Below are positions 35,574 through 45,541 of a stretch of DNA of 64,000 nucleotides, piece by piece (the first letter of the stretch is position 1; the number at the start of each line of letters is the position of its first letter). The DNA is from a virus. Both the position numbers and the translations under genes were made by a program. Under the pieces are notes generated by a model, which saw nothing but the letters and a program-made list of their open reading frames with translations, was not told where the DNA came from and searched no databases. The stretch is from IMG/VR virus record IMGVR_UViG_3300029454_000001, positions 1-64,000 of that record; one strand, 5' to 3'.

Positions 35574-35894
35574 TTAGAATCCGATAAATGGAAAAACACC
35601 ATGATTTACATAGATTTCAGTTTCGGAATCCCAGCTTCTATTCACAGAGGATTCGGAATGTGATCCTTGAAACTCAGCTCCCTGCTTTACTAGAAAGAAA
35701 AGAGCCAAATCAAATATGCAGTCATAGCATTTCTCCATATCGGAATTTATTTTCTCATCACTGTAAGATGAAGGATAATTCCTTTTCTTCTTAAATGAAC
35801 GAATAGCCCTCTTTACTGAAAGAGGAATCATCCTCGCAGTTTCTTCATCATCTTCAAGATAATTTGTTAAGTCCTCTATAAGCTGTTCGTTCAT
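35574..35894 (-). CDS. Head-tail connector (gp6-like DNA packaging / QLRG-type position)
   Basis: Position downstream of the capsid gene. 106 aa, acidic N-terminus. Confidence 0.5.
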   Translation of the reverse strand: MNEQLIEDLTNYLEDDEETARMIPLSVKRAIRSFKKKRNYPSSYSDEKINSDMEKCYDCIFDLALFFLVKQGAEFQGSHSESSVNRSWDSETEIYVNHGVFPFIGF

Positions 35895-35902
35895 TTAATC
35901 AC

Positions 35903-36055
35903 CTACCTTTGCTGAGATAAAATCTCTGATATTATTCCAGCCTTATTCGTTGCTGTCAGGGCATAGCCGTTGTCACTTGCGAGTTGTCTTAACTGAGATA
36001 CAGTCATATTAGACAACTCGCTTTCTGTATACTTGTGTGTTGATGTATCATTCAC
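35903..36055 (-). CDS. Possible small HeH/SAP-like (Rho N-terminal domain-like) protein
   Basis: My translation (V)NDTSTHKYTESELSNMTVSQLRQLASDNGYALTATNKAGIISEILSQQR. GTG or internal ATG (36007) start, no clear RBS. Confidence 0.3.
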   Translation of the reverse strand: MNDTSTHKYTESELSNMTVSQLRQLASDNGYALTATNKAGIISEILSQQR

Positions 36056-36102
36056 ACTTGCTACAGATGGTGACTGGCTGTTTTCGTCGAGACTATGCCC
36101 GG

Positions 36103-37140
36103 TTATTCCCCCGCTTTGGTACCGATTACGATACCGCCGTTAGCTTTCGGTGCGACCGGAACGAACATGCCGGATGCTTTTGTCCATACTGCAACTGGGT
36201 CTGGTGTAGCCCACATGGAAAGAGTAACAAAGGAACGATTCTCTTCCTGTATAAACTGTCTGTATTCAAGCTCTTCTGGTGTCACACCCCATAGGCCAAC
36301 ACCGAAAGAACCGTTAGCATCTGCTTCATACAGAGTAAATACATCCTCTTTGAGGTATCTGGCCGTTTTCAGGGTTCCATCTGCTTTTCTGAAATTAAAG
36401 TTCTCATCACAACGATCAATTGTGATTCCATATTCCTGCATAAGCAGATTGGCAAGCTCCTGCTTTGTGAGAAGCCTTTTATTTGCAGCACCCAGAACAG
36501 CTGTCTGCATTGCAGTGTTGTTCCGCATGTAGTTAATCATTTTAAGAGAAGTAACAGCTTTGTTTACTACATAGCCATTGCCTTCTGCTACAGCTACCAT
36601 TTTCTGGATATCGCCCATGATATCTGCATCTGGCTTAGACCAATCAGTAAGCGTTACTTTTGCACTTGCTGGAACGCCATAGTCAATTCCCATGTCAACA
36701 TGGTTCTCTTTGATTGTTACAGCACCAGTGGAAAGGAACTGTCCTTTCATAACATTTGCTCTTGTAACAACGCCCTCGAACAGTCTGGCTGCATCATCAA
36801 ATACAAAGTTTTTCAGTGCTTCATTATCCGGCACACCGTTTTCAATTGCCTGCCGTAAGTTTTCGGACTGATTGATTTTTCTCTTAATGAAGAGTTTTTC
36901 AGTCAGGACTTTTTCAAATCCAGGTCTTGTGCCGATTTCTGCTTCGCTATCAAGAGCGTGGACGAATGCAACTTCCGGTAGATTCTGTCCAGCCATAAGT
37001 CTGTAATACTCTGCTTTCAGATACTGGGTTTTTGTATCTGGGAAAATGGTATCGAGGATACCTGGTCTTTTAACACTGAAATTCTGAGAGAAATTAAGTC
37101 TTTCTTCTTGGGTAATTGATTCCAAAATATTAAATGGCAT
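36103..37140 (-). CDS. Major capsid protein (Phage_capsid E-like family)
   Basis: 345 aa. MPFNILESITQEERLNFSQNF..YLKAEYYRLMAG..ALDSEAEIG pattern. Position after the scaffold and decoration genes. Confidence 0.85.
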   Translation of the reverse strand: MPFNILESITQEERLNFSQNFSVKRPGILDTIFPDTKTQYLKAEYYRLMAGQNLPEVAFVHALDSEAEIGTRPGFEKVLTEKLFIKRKINQSENLRQAIENGVPDNEALKNFVFDDAARLFEGVVTRANVMKGQFLSTGAVTIKENHVDMGIDYGVPASAKVTLTDWSKPDADIMGDIQKMVAVAEGNGYVVNKAVTSLKMINYMRNNTAMQTAVLGAANKRLLTKQELANLLMQEYGITIDRCDENFNFRKADGTLKTARYLKEDVFTLYEADANGSFGVGLWGVTPEELEYRQFIQEENRSFVTLSMWATPDPVAVWTKASGMFVPVAPKANGGIVIGTKAGE

Positions 37141-37153
37141 TTGTCATACCTCC

Positions 37154-37498
37154 TTAAAATACTGGGTCTTCTGTGACTACAAAAACAATTCCGGCTTTTT
37201 CAAGCTCTGTTTTTGCAGTAGTGTCAACTGTTACTGGAAGTCTTTTTTCGAGAACACGGCCTGCGACGATCACGGAAATTGGTCTCTTGGTATCATCTGT
37301 CATATCAACATCTTCAAATACAATGCCGATTGCGCCTGTCGCATTTGTTGGATATACGGAACCTGCTTTGATAATTTTCTTAGTTCCAACTGTTTCAGCA
37401 TTTGTCTGGTCTGCTGTGTAGGTTTTGAGTACAAGTCCGACCTCGGATTCAAGAATATTTGGAGTGGACTCATACTGCTCTGTTTTCATAAAAGCCAT
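37154..37498 (-). CDS. Head decoration / DUF2190-like protein (114 aa)
   Basis: Position between the scaffold and capsid genes. KAGSVYP..GIVFEDVD..VAGRV pattern. Confidence 0.5.
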   Translation of the reverse strand: MAFMKTEQYESTPNILESEVGLVLKTYTADQTNAETVGTKKIIKAGSVYPTNATGAIGIVFEDVDMTDDTKRPISVIVAGRVLEKRLPVTVDTTAKTELEKAGIVFVVTEDPVF

Positions 37499-37516
37499 TA
37501 TTTATATCTCCTTTAC

Positions 37517-38164
37517 TTAAATATTTACAGGGGCGTTACCGTCCACTGATTTAGTTTCCTGGTTCTTTTTTGCTGAGTAAGCTTTTGCAAATTCAGCAGC
37601 ATCACTTTTTACTGTAGCTTTCCCACCGCTACCACCGCCCGGATTCGGAGTGTTTTCCAATGCTTCCTTCTCCCAAGCTGCTTTTGCGTTATCAAGTGCT
37701 GTTTTATTTGCTTCGGAAACTCCCTTAACAAAAGTTTCGACTTCTTTCATTGCATCTTCTGGTTTCTCATACGGTGCAGATGCGTATGCTTTAATAGCAC
37801 TCGCGTATGTTTCGGTTGAAAGTCCTGCATTTGCGAACATAGAAGTAATTTCACTGGTAAGGGCTTTTTTGTTGGATTCTGCAAGCGCAGCTTTCAAATC
37901 AGCTAACTCCTTATCCACTGCTTCCTTTTCTTTCTTGCGTTCAGCTTCTAGCCGTTCTGCTTCGGTCATGTTCTGCTTTTTCAACTCTTCCAACTCTTTT
38001 TCCAGGGAATCTGCTTTTTCAGCTTTTTCCTTCAGAGAAACATTTTTGTCTTTCTCTTTCTTAGTTTCAGCAGAAATAGAATCAAGAAGCTTAGAAACCT
38101 GTTCCTCGGAAGGTTCTGCAACTCCCATACCGATAAGTGCCTGTTTTGCCTGTTCTCTTGTCAT
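37517..38164 (-). CDS. Scaffolding protein
   Basis: Internal Met after AAAGGAGATTTCA. Highly charged coiled coil EKELEELKKQNMTEAERLEAERKKEKEAVDKELADLKAALAE. Confidence 0.75.
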   Translation of the reverse strand: MTREQAKQALIGMGVAEPSEEQVSKLLDSISAETKKEKDKNVSLKEKAEKADSLEKELEELKKQNMTEAERLEAERKKEKEAVDKELADLKAALAESNKKALTSEITSMFANAGLSTETYASAIKAYASAPYEKPEDAMKEVETFVKGVSEANKTALDNAKAAWEKEALENTPNPGGGSGGKATVKSDAAEFAKAYSAKKNQETKSVDGNAPVNI

Positions 38165-38329
38165 TGAAATCTCCTTTCTTCCAGTCCAATACGCTTTTTC
38201 AACACGGTTCGCTCCGCACATGGTCTGTACCCGATTTACGCTCACGGGCTGTTGCAATTTATTTGATTTTGGGTATTAAAAAAGAAGCCTTAGATTTCTC
38301 TAAAACTCCTTAAATAATCGAAATTTGGT

Positions 38330-39823
38330 TCATTCTTCGTTAGATGGAGAATTTGCCATTGGTTCTGTTTTGGACGGATTTTGAAACTTTCCGTCAAGTA
38401 ATTGCTGTGCTTTCTGCATTTCCGCTTCCGGGTCTGCCAGTTCCGGGTAAATAGTTCCCAGATACGGTAAACTCATTTCGTAGACTTTCTGCGGATCACT
38501 AAATAAACCGCAAGTAATCAGTGCAATAAGCGGATGAATTTTATTTTTAAACAGATAATCAAGTGCCTGTGCTTTTACAAGCATATTGTCTGTTGGGTTT
38601 CTGGTTATCTTCACATCGAAATCTCGTGTTGAGATATTAACATCATTTGATGTACCACGGATAATATTCAGAATAATTCTGGCAGATTCCTTTTCAGCTT
38701 CCTTGGTGAATGCTTCTACCAATTTTGCATCTCTCTCTGCGAAATCCCATCCATTACGAAGGTATACGGCATTTCCTGTATCTCCTCCGCTGTTGCTCTG
38801 TCGGTTTGGCATTGCTTCCACAATCAGCATGTTATTGTAGATATCATCCTTTGCAACCTGGCTCTCTGATTGATTCAGTTCAGCGGTCATCAGTTCAACA
38901 TCCGACTGACAGCCATTTCCAGTATCTTTTACAGAGATGGCACCAAGTTTTACCATTTTCAAAAACTCGTTTTCATCTACCTCGCAGTTCTTGAACTTCA
39001 TAAAGGCTTGCACAAACTGTTCAACGCCATTTAATCTATCAGACTGGTATTTGTTAATTGCATCAAATAAGGTGATTGCAATTTCAACATCTGAAAGCCT
39101 GTCATGATTATTCGGGCATTCAACAATAGGAATTCCTCCAAAACCGTTGATGCCATATTCGGTTACTTTTCCATTCGTGATTTTGAAAAACTGGTTCTTT
39201 GAATAGCATAAGTAGTATTGTTGCTCATCTTCATCCTTCAAAATCTGAACGGACAGCATTGGTTTTCCGTTCCTCTGCGAATATACAATGTAACAATCAC
39301 CAGGATACGGAATGAAGATTCTAAACGGTGGTAAATCTCCGTTTTTTGTCCAATCCTCTTCTTTCAGTATGGCCTTATAAGAAGTTCCTGTTGCACTTTG
39401 GTATATTGCCCTTTGGATGTTTCTTGCATCTGCATTGGCTTCATCCAGATAATCATTCAACAAATCAACTTGCTCATTTATTTTTTTGTCTGCATTTTTT
39501 TTGCATACATACTGGATTGGTTCTCCACAAATCTGTCCAGCTTTAAATTTTACAGTTTCAAATGCGTGATTTTCTACCACTCTGTTATTAACTTCTGGAC
39601 GGACTATTTTATTTCGGTATAATATCGGCTGATCGCCTTTCATGTACCGATACAAGTAATCAATCAATGTTCGGTTTCTATTATGTATGCCAATTGTATC
39701 TGATACTACTTTTACTACATTTTGTGGAGTGATTCGGTCAACACCTGTGTAGGCTACTTTTCGCCCGAACTCACCTCGGCATAAATCTACAAAATTCATT
39801 GTGTTTCTCACGAGCCGAACCAT
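38330..39823 (-). CDS. Portal protein (SPP1 Gp6-like)
   Basis: 497 aa, downstream of terL. IDYLYRYMKGDQPIL..VENHAFETVKFKAG fits the Gp6-like portal pattern. Exact start uncertain. Confidence 0.85.
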   Translation of the reverse strand: MVRLVRNTMNFVDLCRGEFGRKVAYTGVDRITPQNVVKVVSDTIGIHNRNRTLIDYLYRYMKGDQPILYRNKIVRPEVNNRVVENHAFETVKFKAGQICGEPIQYVCKKNADKKINEQVDLLNDYLDEANADARNIQRAIYQSATGTSYKAILKEEDWTKNGDLPPFRIFIPYPGDCYIVYSQRNGKPMLSVQILKDEDEQQYYLCYSKNQFFKITNGKVTEYGINGFGGIPIVECPNNHDRLSDVEIAITLFDAINKYQSDRLNGVEQFVQAFMKFKNCEVDENEFLKMVKLGAISVKDTGNGCQSDVELMTAELNQSESQVAKDDIYNNMLIVEAMPNRQSNSGGDTGNAVYLRNGWDFAERDAKLVEAFTKEAEKESARIILNIIRGTSNDVNISTRDFDVKITRNPTDNMLVKAQALDYLFKNKIHPLIALITCGLFSDPQKVYEMSLPYLGTIYPELADPEAEMQKAQQLLDGKFQNPSKTEPMANSPSNEE

Positions 39824-39917
39824 CCTTTCTGCAAAATAAAAAGCACTGGATATTTTAATCCAATGCTCTACTTTATATTTTACACATATTAAAAGTATAT
39901 TTCAGTATACTTCAGTA

Positions 39918-40340
39918 TCATCTTTCAAAACCTTTTATCTTTTTTATTTCTGCTATGGCTTTTAAATGCTTTTTTTTAATGTGAATCTCTGAATAACCCA
40001 TCTCGTCTGCAATGCGAACCAAAGATTTGTACTCAACATAATGCTTAAATAGTATGTCGTATAGCAACGGGTCTTCAACCTGTTCTATAGTTCGAACTAT
40101 TTCTTGTCTTTTTTGTATAAATTCAGATATCATTTTTGAAATCTCTTCTCGCAGATCAAATATCTTTGCAACCATATCTCCCATCGGATCACGTTTTACA
40201 GAAGTTTGTACCTTTTCTCCAACAGGGATTGCAGATACACTTGTGGAAAGAGAACTGAGCTGTTCTTCTTCGATAAGCTTGTTTTTGATTCTGTTATCAT
40301 AATTTTCAATCTGTCGTAAATATTGAGTTGCAGTCATCAT
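39918..40340 (-). CDS. Sigma region-4-like / ArpU-style late regulator candidate (140 aa)
   Basis: C-terminal YDILFKHYVEYKSLVRIADEMGYSEIHIKKKHLKAIAEI HTH. Unusual position between terL and the portal gene. Confidence 0.5.
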   Translation of the reverse strand: MMTATQYLRQIENYDNRIKNKLIEEEQLSSLSTSVSAIPVGEKVQTSVKRDPMGDMVAKIFDLREEISKMISEFIQKRQEIVRTIEQVEDPLLYDILFKHYVEYKSLVRIADEMGYSEIHIKKKHLKAIAEIKKIKGFER

Positions 40341-40343
40341 ATT

Positions 40344-42038
40344 CTATCTCCTTCCCCACATAAAATTTTTGGTTGCTTTTACTTCTGCAAATCTTTTGCC
40401 GGCAAGCGTTATTGCAAGCTGCGTAACTCCATCGGCAGCGTCATCATGTTCATTATCGCCAATATAGACGAATGTAGTTAATTCATCCATAGCCTTTTGA
40501 TACTGTTTATCTTGATATTTCGGAGCCAAAAATATAAAATTTTGCTTAACATCCCCGGAATATTGATTTATTTTTTCTTTTTTTGCTTGTTTTGAAGGTG
40601 CTTTTGTACTTGTCGTGCTGCAAGCGTATTTATGTTCTTTCAAGCGTTCGTTTACATAATAGGCATACATATCTCCACCATTATTTGCTTCAAAATTGAT
40701 AGATTGAATATTATTTCCCATGATTCTTCCAACAACTAATGGCAATGTTCCTTCTTTTGGTGCTGTGCTAAAAATCCAATCATAAATATATACATCTCCA
40801 TTTTCGTATTCTGCACCCACTGGCATTGATAAGCTATCGCCACCACCCCACGCAACATCACAGGCAGAAACATTTTTAACAAATCCACCTTCTGGGAGAA
40901 TGCCGTTATAATATCTCAATTCGTCAGCTGCAAACACAATTCCTTCACGTAAGAAGGGCTTTTGCTGATATTTGGCTTCCCATTCGTTAGCATCTAACCT
41001 AGCTTTCATATCGACATAATATTTTGTTGAAAATCCAACGCCATACTCATAATCGAAATTCGATTTACCCTCATCATTCAAAGCTGGAATTTTTCTAAAC
41101 CGATACATTGGATTATCCCGATTTAGCTTCTCAATTTTCCCAAGAGGATCATATAAATTCCATCTGGTTCCAACCATAAGCTCTCTTGCGCCATCAATCT
41201 TACGGTCAACCATCTTATTCAGATATTCTTGATATGTATTTTCTAATCGGGTAGGGCTTAATGAATGTTGTCTATCTCTTACAAGGTCATCCACGTACAA
41301 ATACCCATCAGAAGAAATATCAACGGCACCCGTCCAAGTTCCTTCAATACCACGGCAAGTCATTGTTGCAAATCTATCTGGCTTGTCCAGGTTTATTTCA
41401 AAATCATCAGCACTCTGTTTTTGAAGTTTCGACTGTGGAAAAATTTCACTGTAGTTGTATTCCTGTGTATTAATGAGATTAAGAAGTTCTCCGTAAAATC
41501 CTTTTGCCAGTTTTCCAGAATGACCGCCCATTGCACTGTGACTATTCGGTCTTTTACCCATTATCCAAGACATAAAGAAAATACACATAGTGGATTTTCC
41601 AACACGGCTTGGAAGCGATAAACCATAAAACTCTATTTTTCTTTCTTCCAAATCCTGTAAGTCTTGGGCTACCACATGTAGTGTTTTTCTTCGTGGAATA
41701 TAAAATTTCTTGCTGTCTGGTCTGTTTTTTTCCATATAAAGCAAGTAACTTTCAAATAAATGTGGTGCTTCCAGTAACAAATACTGCCAATAGATATCAT
41801 CAAAGTCACCACTACCAGTTAATGCAGCACACTTCTCTGCTATGTTATGTGAGTATTGACTTACTTTCATAGCCATTTTCCGTGCTTCTTGGTTATTGTC
41901 GAAAGGAAGGTCAATATTCATGTTCAAGAGCAAATCAAGGCAATCTTTTTGGTTCTGATAGATTGTCATATCACTACTGATAATTTGATTCAGTACTGCC
42001 CGATACCATTCAAGCGAACCTTCTGTAATTTTTCCCAT
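40344..42038 (-). CDS. terL: Terminase large subunit
   Basis: 564 aa. Walker A-like LPSRVGKST, Walker B YLYVDDLVRD, C-terminal nuclease-like half. Followed by the portal gene. Confidence 0.9.
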   Translation of the reverse strand: MGKITEGSLEWYRAVLNQIISSDMTIYQNQKDCLDLLLNMNIDLPFDNNQEARKMAMKVSQYSHNIAEKCAALTGSGDFDDIYWQYLLLEAPHLFESYLLYMEKNRPDSKKFYIPRRKTLHVVAQDLQDLEERKIEFYGLSLPSRVGKSTMCIFFMSWIMGKRPNSHSAMGGHSGKLAKGFYGELLNLINTQEYNYSEIFPQSKLQKQSADDFEINLDKPDRFATMTCRGIEGTWTGAVDISSDGYLYVDDLVRDRQHSLSPTRLENTYQEYLNKMVDRKIDGARELMVGTRWNLYDPLGKIEKLNRDNPMYRFRKIPALNDEGKSNFDYEYGVGFSTKYYVDMKARLDANEWEAKYQQKPFLREGIVFAADELRYYNGILPEGGFVKNVSACDVAWGGGDSLSMPVGAEYENGDVYIYDWIFSTAPKEGTLPLVVGRIMGNNIQSINFEANNGGDMYAYYVNERLKEHKYACSTTSTKAPSKQAKKEKINQYSGDVKQNFIFLAPKYQDKQYQKAMDELTTFVYIGDNEHDDAADGVTQLAITLAGKRFAEVKATKNFMWGRR

Positions 42039-42228
42039 AAAAATAGAGCCAGACCTCCTTTCTTTTTAGGATTTAGTCTGGCTCTCGTGTGGCTCTCTTG
42101 ACTTTTCTTTTTATTTTTTTGTATTCTAAATATTTTTAAAAACTATATTTTTCACAATATCTACAATTTTCTAATCCATCCAGTTCTGGATGGATACACG
42201 GAATGTTCCTTAATTTGCACCATACCAT

Positions 42229-42432
42229 TTAATCACTTGACTTTCTGCAAATTTCAATAAAATCTGGCTTACTAAGTTCTTTCAGCTTATTAGCATATTT
42301 TGGAAATTCATGTGTATATATCGGATGACCTAAAAGCTTTTCCGCATATTCATATGCAAGTTTTCGGTCATCCCCTGTAAGCATACAAATTCCTGTGTAG
42401 GTTTCAACTACTACGGCTTCTTGTTTTGTCAT
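42229..42432 (-). CDS. Hypothetical protein (67 aa)
   Basis: ORF track. Confidence 0.5.
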   Translation of the reverse strand: MTKQEAVVVETYTGICMLTGDDRKLAYEYAEKLLGHPIYTHEFPKYANKLKELSKPDFIEICRKSSD

Positions 42433-42453
42433 ACATATCCTTTCTTGATAAAA

Positions 42454-42648
42454 TCATATTTTTAATTCCGTAAAAATATTTTCAATTACTTTCCACTCTG
42501 CGAATACTGCCATTGTTAATAATGGTATTGCTGAAAGTCCCCAATTATTTTCAATCATCATTTGTATTGTGGCTATCAAATAATCTGCTACCCATTTGAA
42601 TATTATGAAATTCGCAATTATCCAACATATTTTTCTGATTTTGTTCAT
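42454..42648 (-). CDS. Small two-TM membrane protein (64 aa)
   Basis: Internal Met MNKIRKICWIIANFIIFKWVADYLIATIQ..LSAIPLLTMAVFAEW. Confidence 0.45.
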   Translation of the reverse strand: MNKIRKICWIIANFIIFKWVADYLIATIQMMIENNWGLSAIPLLTMAVFAEWKVIENIFTELKI

Positions 42649-42652
42649 TTTG

Positions 42653-43240
42653 TCACGCTTTCTTGACTGGCCATTCAAAGCCAAAATCTGAACGTTTGAT
42701 TTTGCATTGTGGGCTTCCGTCCTTCCAGAAAACTAATCCCTCTATCTCGTGTTCGGAAAGATATTTCTTGATTCCATAAAATGTACGCTCGACTTCAACG
42801 ATATTGTTGCCATGTCTTACTAAAGAATCATCATCGTCATAATATGGATTGCCTTGAAAATGCTTTCCGACAGCTTCATATGTGCCATCTGGTAATTTAC
42901 AACCTTGATTTGTCCACATTGAAGTTACATAATACGCTTCTACAAACCACTTATCAGACGGATTATTCTCATCAACCTTTACCCATCCCGGCCAATGACC
43001 TGTAATCGCATCTGGTTCGCAACAGGGAATAAATCCCTCTGGTGGTATTTTGCCCTTCTTGCAGTCGTATCGTTTATAAAATTTTCCGTCAATTACTGCA
43101 CAGCAAGAGCCGTCGTATTTGACTGTTGCAATTCCTTCTCCTTCAAGTACCCATTCCATACCCGGATGCGCTTTCGGTAGAGTCTTTACAATCTTGTGGT
43201 CTTTGAATTCTCGCTCAAATAATGTTGGTATCTTTTTCAT
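42653..43240 (-). CDS. ATP-dependent RNA/DNA ligase-like nucleotidyltransferase (195 aa)
   Basis: Motif I KYDGS (ATVKYDGSCCAV), motif IV EGLVFW, motif V CKIKRSDF. N-terminus MKKIPTLFEREF..GMEWVLEGEG matches minimal RNA-ligase-family proteins as I recall them. Confidence 0.7.
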   Translation of the reverse strand: MKKIPTLFEREFKDHKIVKTLPKAHPGMEWVLEGEGIATVKYDGSCCAVIDGKFYKRYDCKKGKIPPEGFIPCCEPDAITGHWPGWVKVDENNPSDKWFVEAYYVTSMWTNQGCKLPDGTYEAVGKHFQGNPYYDDDDSLVRHGNNIVEVERTFYGIKKYLSEHEIEGLVFWKDGSPQCKIKRSDFGFEWPVKKA

Positions 43241-43521
43241 TTCCTCACCATCTTTCTTTTTGATTTCAAGTATTTTCTGTATTTGCGACTGTATTTACGA
43301 AGAATTAAATCGAGCATAATGCTATTTGTCTGTTCTACGTTTTCTGACATAGTTGTGAGATATGGATAATCTTCTCTATCATCTACTAATGTCTTGAAGA
43401 TCAAGTCTAAAGCAAACTGAGCACTGACAGGTGGGTCGCACAGTTCAAAGTCTTTATCCTTGTACCACTCATCAATCTTATTTTGGAATCCATCAAAGGA
43501 TATTTCTTCGTTCCATATCAT
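43237..43521 (-). CDS. Hypothetical protein (94 aa)
   Basis: ORF track. 4-nt overlap with the ligase-like gene. Confidence 0.5.
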   Translation of the reverse strand: MIWNEEISFDGFQNKIDEWYKDKDFELCDPPVSAQFALDLIFKTLVDDREDYPYLTTMSENVEQTNSIMLDLILRKYSRKYRKYLKSKRKMVRK

Positions 43522-43545
43522 ACATTCACCTCAAATAAATTTACA

Positions 43546-44181
43546 TTATTTTCTAAACCACCAAATATGTTTATCAAGAATATCCGCTTTTACATCACCA
43601 TCAAAATAATATTCACACCCATCATCTGCAAATTCTGCTGGTGTTGTAAATTGTGGTATTCCATCTGGTTCCAATATGACACACGCCTGTCCAGAAATAT
43701 AACTTGTTACAACGGCTGGTTCGCTACGCCACCAAACTTTTCTTCCGATAACATTTTTGTCAAAATCTATTTTGTTTAAGTCCATTGGATGTTCGGAAAA
43801 ATCATCAATCATGCACTTCGCACGTTCAATACCACCTCTTACATCACAGAATTTTTCGCCGTTTCTGGTTATAAACACATTTCCAATTGTTCTTGCTTCA
43901 AATTCATCGTGTCTGTATCTTGCATGATTGTACGGCGCATAATTTATGCCCCAACATACAGGCTCTCCGTCGAATTGAACCAGATTCTCAAAACTTGGTT
44001 TTTCTTCTCTTGGGTAAGCCCATAAGTTATTATCTCCGTATTTTCCACCAATCGTATGTATATAGTCTTCTATTAGAACAACAAAATAAGGTTTTCCATT
44101 AATCACTGTGTCCCAGTGCATTTGATGCATTTTTAATTTGGAAATGTCTGTATCTCTATCAATTAGTCTAATACTTTGCAT
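43546..44181 (-). CDS. Hypothetical protein (211 aa)
   Basis: ORF track. No family recognised. Confidence 0.55.
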   Translation of the reverse strand: MQSIRLIDRDTDISKLKMHQMHWDTVINGKPYFVVLIEDYIHTIGGKYGDNNLWAYPREEKPSFENLVQFDGEPVCWGINYAPYNHARYRHDEFEARTIGNVFITRNGEKFCDVRGGIERAKCMIDDFSEHPMDLNKIDFDKNVIGRKVWWRSEPAVVTSYISGQACVILEPDGIPQFTTPAEFADDGCEYYFDGDVKADILDKHIWWFRK

Positions 44182-44200
44182 TTAATATTTCCTCCAAGTT

Positions 44201-44434
44201 TTATACGTTCACCTCGAACTCTTTCTTGCAGTTGCTACCCTTGCATTTCAATTTAAGATGCTGAATCTTTGTGTTTGGGCTAATCAAAAGTGCTTTCTTC
44301 TGGCAAAAAGGGCAACAGGCGTATTTCACTCCATTGATATTCCTCAATAATGCCTGTCCATTCCACGGCTCGGGTGGGTTCATGTATTCAGAAAAATCTA
44401 TTCCTTCGGATTCTAATGCTGACTTAATGCTCAT
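44201..44434 (-). CDS. Zinc-ribbon protein (77 aa)
   Basis: CCPFCQKK..LKCKGSNCKKEF. Confidence 0.55.
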   Translation of the reverse strand: MSIKSALESEGIDFSEYMNPPEPWNGQALLRNINGVKYACCPFCQKKALLISPNTKIQHLKLKCKGSNCKKEFEVNV

Positions 44435-44661
44435 TTATTTACCTTTCTATTTCTTTTATGCTTTATTGGTCTTCCCTCTTTGGCTGCCCTTTTTATCATT
44501 CGTCGCACAACAGATTTAAAAACATTATCAAATTTCCGTTTCCCTTTTCTTCCAGCAATTTGTCTAAATTTTGGCTTTTTATTCATTTTTAAGCAGTTAT
44601 TTGGTATTTGCCCAAAACCAGTTTTCATGACTTCTTCAATGCTTATTTTTTCTTGATCCAT
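44431..44661 (-). CDS. Highly basic small protein (76 aa)
   Basis: ORF track. C-terminal KRKFDNVFKSVVRRMIKRAAKEGRPIKHKRNRKVNK. Confidence 0.5.
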   Translation of the reverse strand: MDQEKISIEEVMKTGFGQIPNNCLKMNKKPKFRQIAGRKGKRKFDNVFKSVVRRMIKRAAKEGRPIKHKRNRKVNK

Positions 44662-44713
44662 TAAATTTTCCTCCGCTTCGGAATGCCATGCATTTTTCGG
44701 AAATTGTTCTGTT

Positions 44714-44899
44714 TTATTCGATCTGGAAAAGCAAAGAGCAAAGCATTTTCTTTACAGATTCAATCATTACTGATGGTTTACTGTGTTCAATCCACTCTGC
44801 TACATCTTTTGCTAAAAACAGTGGTTTCTCTGCTTTTCCATAAACACGAAACTGTTTTCCCAACACTTCTTGTTCATTTAATACTTTCAGTTCATTCAT
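44714..44899 (-). CDS. BRO-N-like N-terminal fragment (61 aa, probably truncated)
   Basis: VLGKQFRVYGKAEKPLFLAKDVAEWIEHS is the first half of a BRO-N domain. The ORF ends soon afterwards. Confidence 0.45.
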   Translation of the reverse strand: MNELKVLNEQEVLGKQFRVYGKAEKPLFLAKDVAEWIEHSKPSVMIESVKKMLCSLLFQIE

Positions 44900-45060
44900 T
44901 TCTCTCTTTTCTCCCTATGCTTCATCTGACAGGCAATCATTTTAGCTATGTTTTCACGTTCCTGTTTTATTCCATGCCCCTGCCGGAACAATTCACATTC
45001 CAGAATCTGTCCACATTTGGAACATTCGTCTTTGATTTCTTTACCGCATACTTCAATCAT
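44896..45060 (-). CDS. Possible Cys-rich 54-aa ORF
   Basis: My translation MIEVCGKEIKDECSKCGQILECELFRQGHGIKQERENIAKMIACQMKHREKREK. Overlaps both neighbouring genes. Confidence 0.35.
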   Translation of the reverse strand: MIEVCGKEIKDECSKCGQILECELFRQGHGIKQERENIAKMIACQMKHREKREK

Positions 45061-45424
45061 TTTCATCACCACAGTAAATCAATAAGTAATTTGCAATTTT
45101 TCTAAGATCATTTTTCCCATACAGACGAATTCCATCTTGCAATCCTCTGTCAATCAGCCAATCAGCTAACTTTATTGGTTGTGTAGGTGGTTCATCTTTG
45201 GATTTTTCTATCTTAAAATCATCTATTAAACCACCTCTATTTATAAGTTCAGAAAGTTCGCTCATCGGTACTATGCCTCCTTGTTTTCCATCTTCTTTTC
45301 CCGCCCTAAACTCGCAACAACACCCTGGCTCAGTAAAGTCTGCACAATATTCACTATCGCCATTGAAGCAAACACATGTGAAGTTATCATGTTTTCTACA
45401 ATTCTTGCAACATTTTTCTTCCAT
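45053..45424 (-). CDS. Cys-rich protein (123 aa)
   Basis: ORF track, with the start moved to the ATG after AAGAGG. CCKNCRKHDNFTCVCFNGDSEYCADFTEPGCCCEF. The C-terminal motif IANYLLIYC is shared with 49168..49584. Confidence 0.55.
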   Translation of the reverse strand: MEEKCCKNCRKHDNFTCVCFNGDSEYCADFTEPGCCCEFRAGKEDGKQGGIVPMSELSELINRGGLIDDFKIEKSKDEPPTQPIKLADWLIDRGLQDGIRLYGKNDLRKIANYLLIYCGDEND

Positions 45425-45444
45425 AAACACCTCTTGTTAAAAAA

Positions 45445-45495
45445 GTCCAGTGCGCCGACTTGAACGGCATAAATCTCCCAACGAGAAACACTGGA
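45445..45495 (-). ncRNA. tRNA-like minihelix lacking an anticodon arm, followed by a U-tract
   Basis: Minus strand UCCAGUG-UU-UCUC-GUUGG-GAGA-UUUA-UGCCG-UUCAAGU-CGGCG-CACUGGA-C-UUUUUU: a 7-bp acceptor-like stem, a D-like hairpin and a canonical T-arm, with no anticodon arm. Confidence 0.4.
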
Positions 45496-45541
45496 ACTTT
45501 AAGGGGGAAAATGCAACTTCTGGCAATGGCAATTTTCCAGA

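Noticed and set aside
35903-36120. -1 frameshift extension of the major capsid protein into the HeH-like ORF
   Set aside because: The -1 frame is open across the capsid stop, but there is no X XXY YYZ slippery heptamer near the end (..ACC AAA GCG GGG GAA TAA). An independent small gene or noncoding sequence is more likely.
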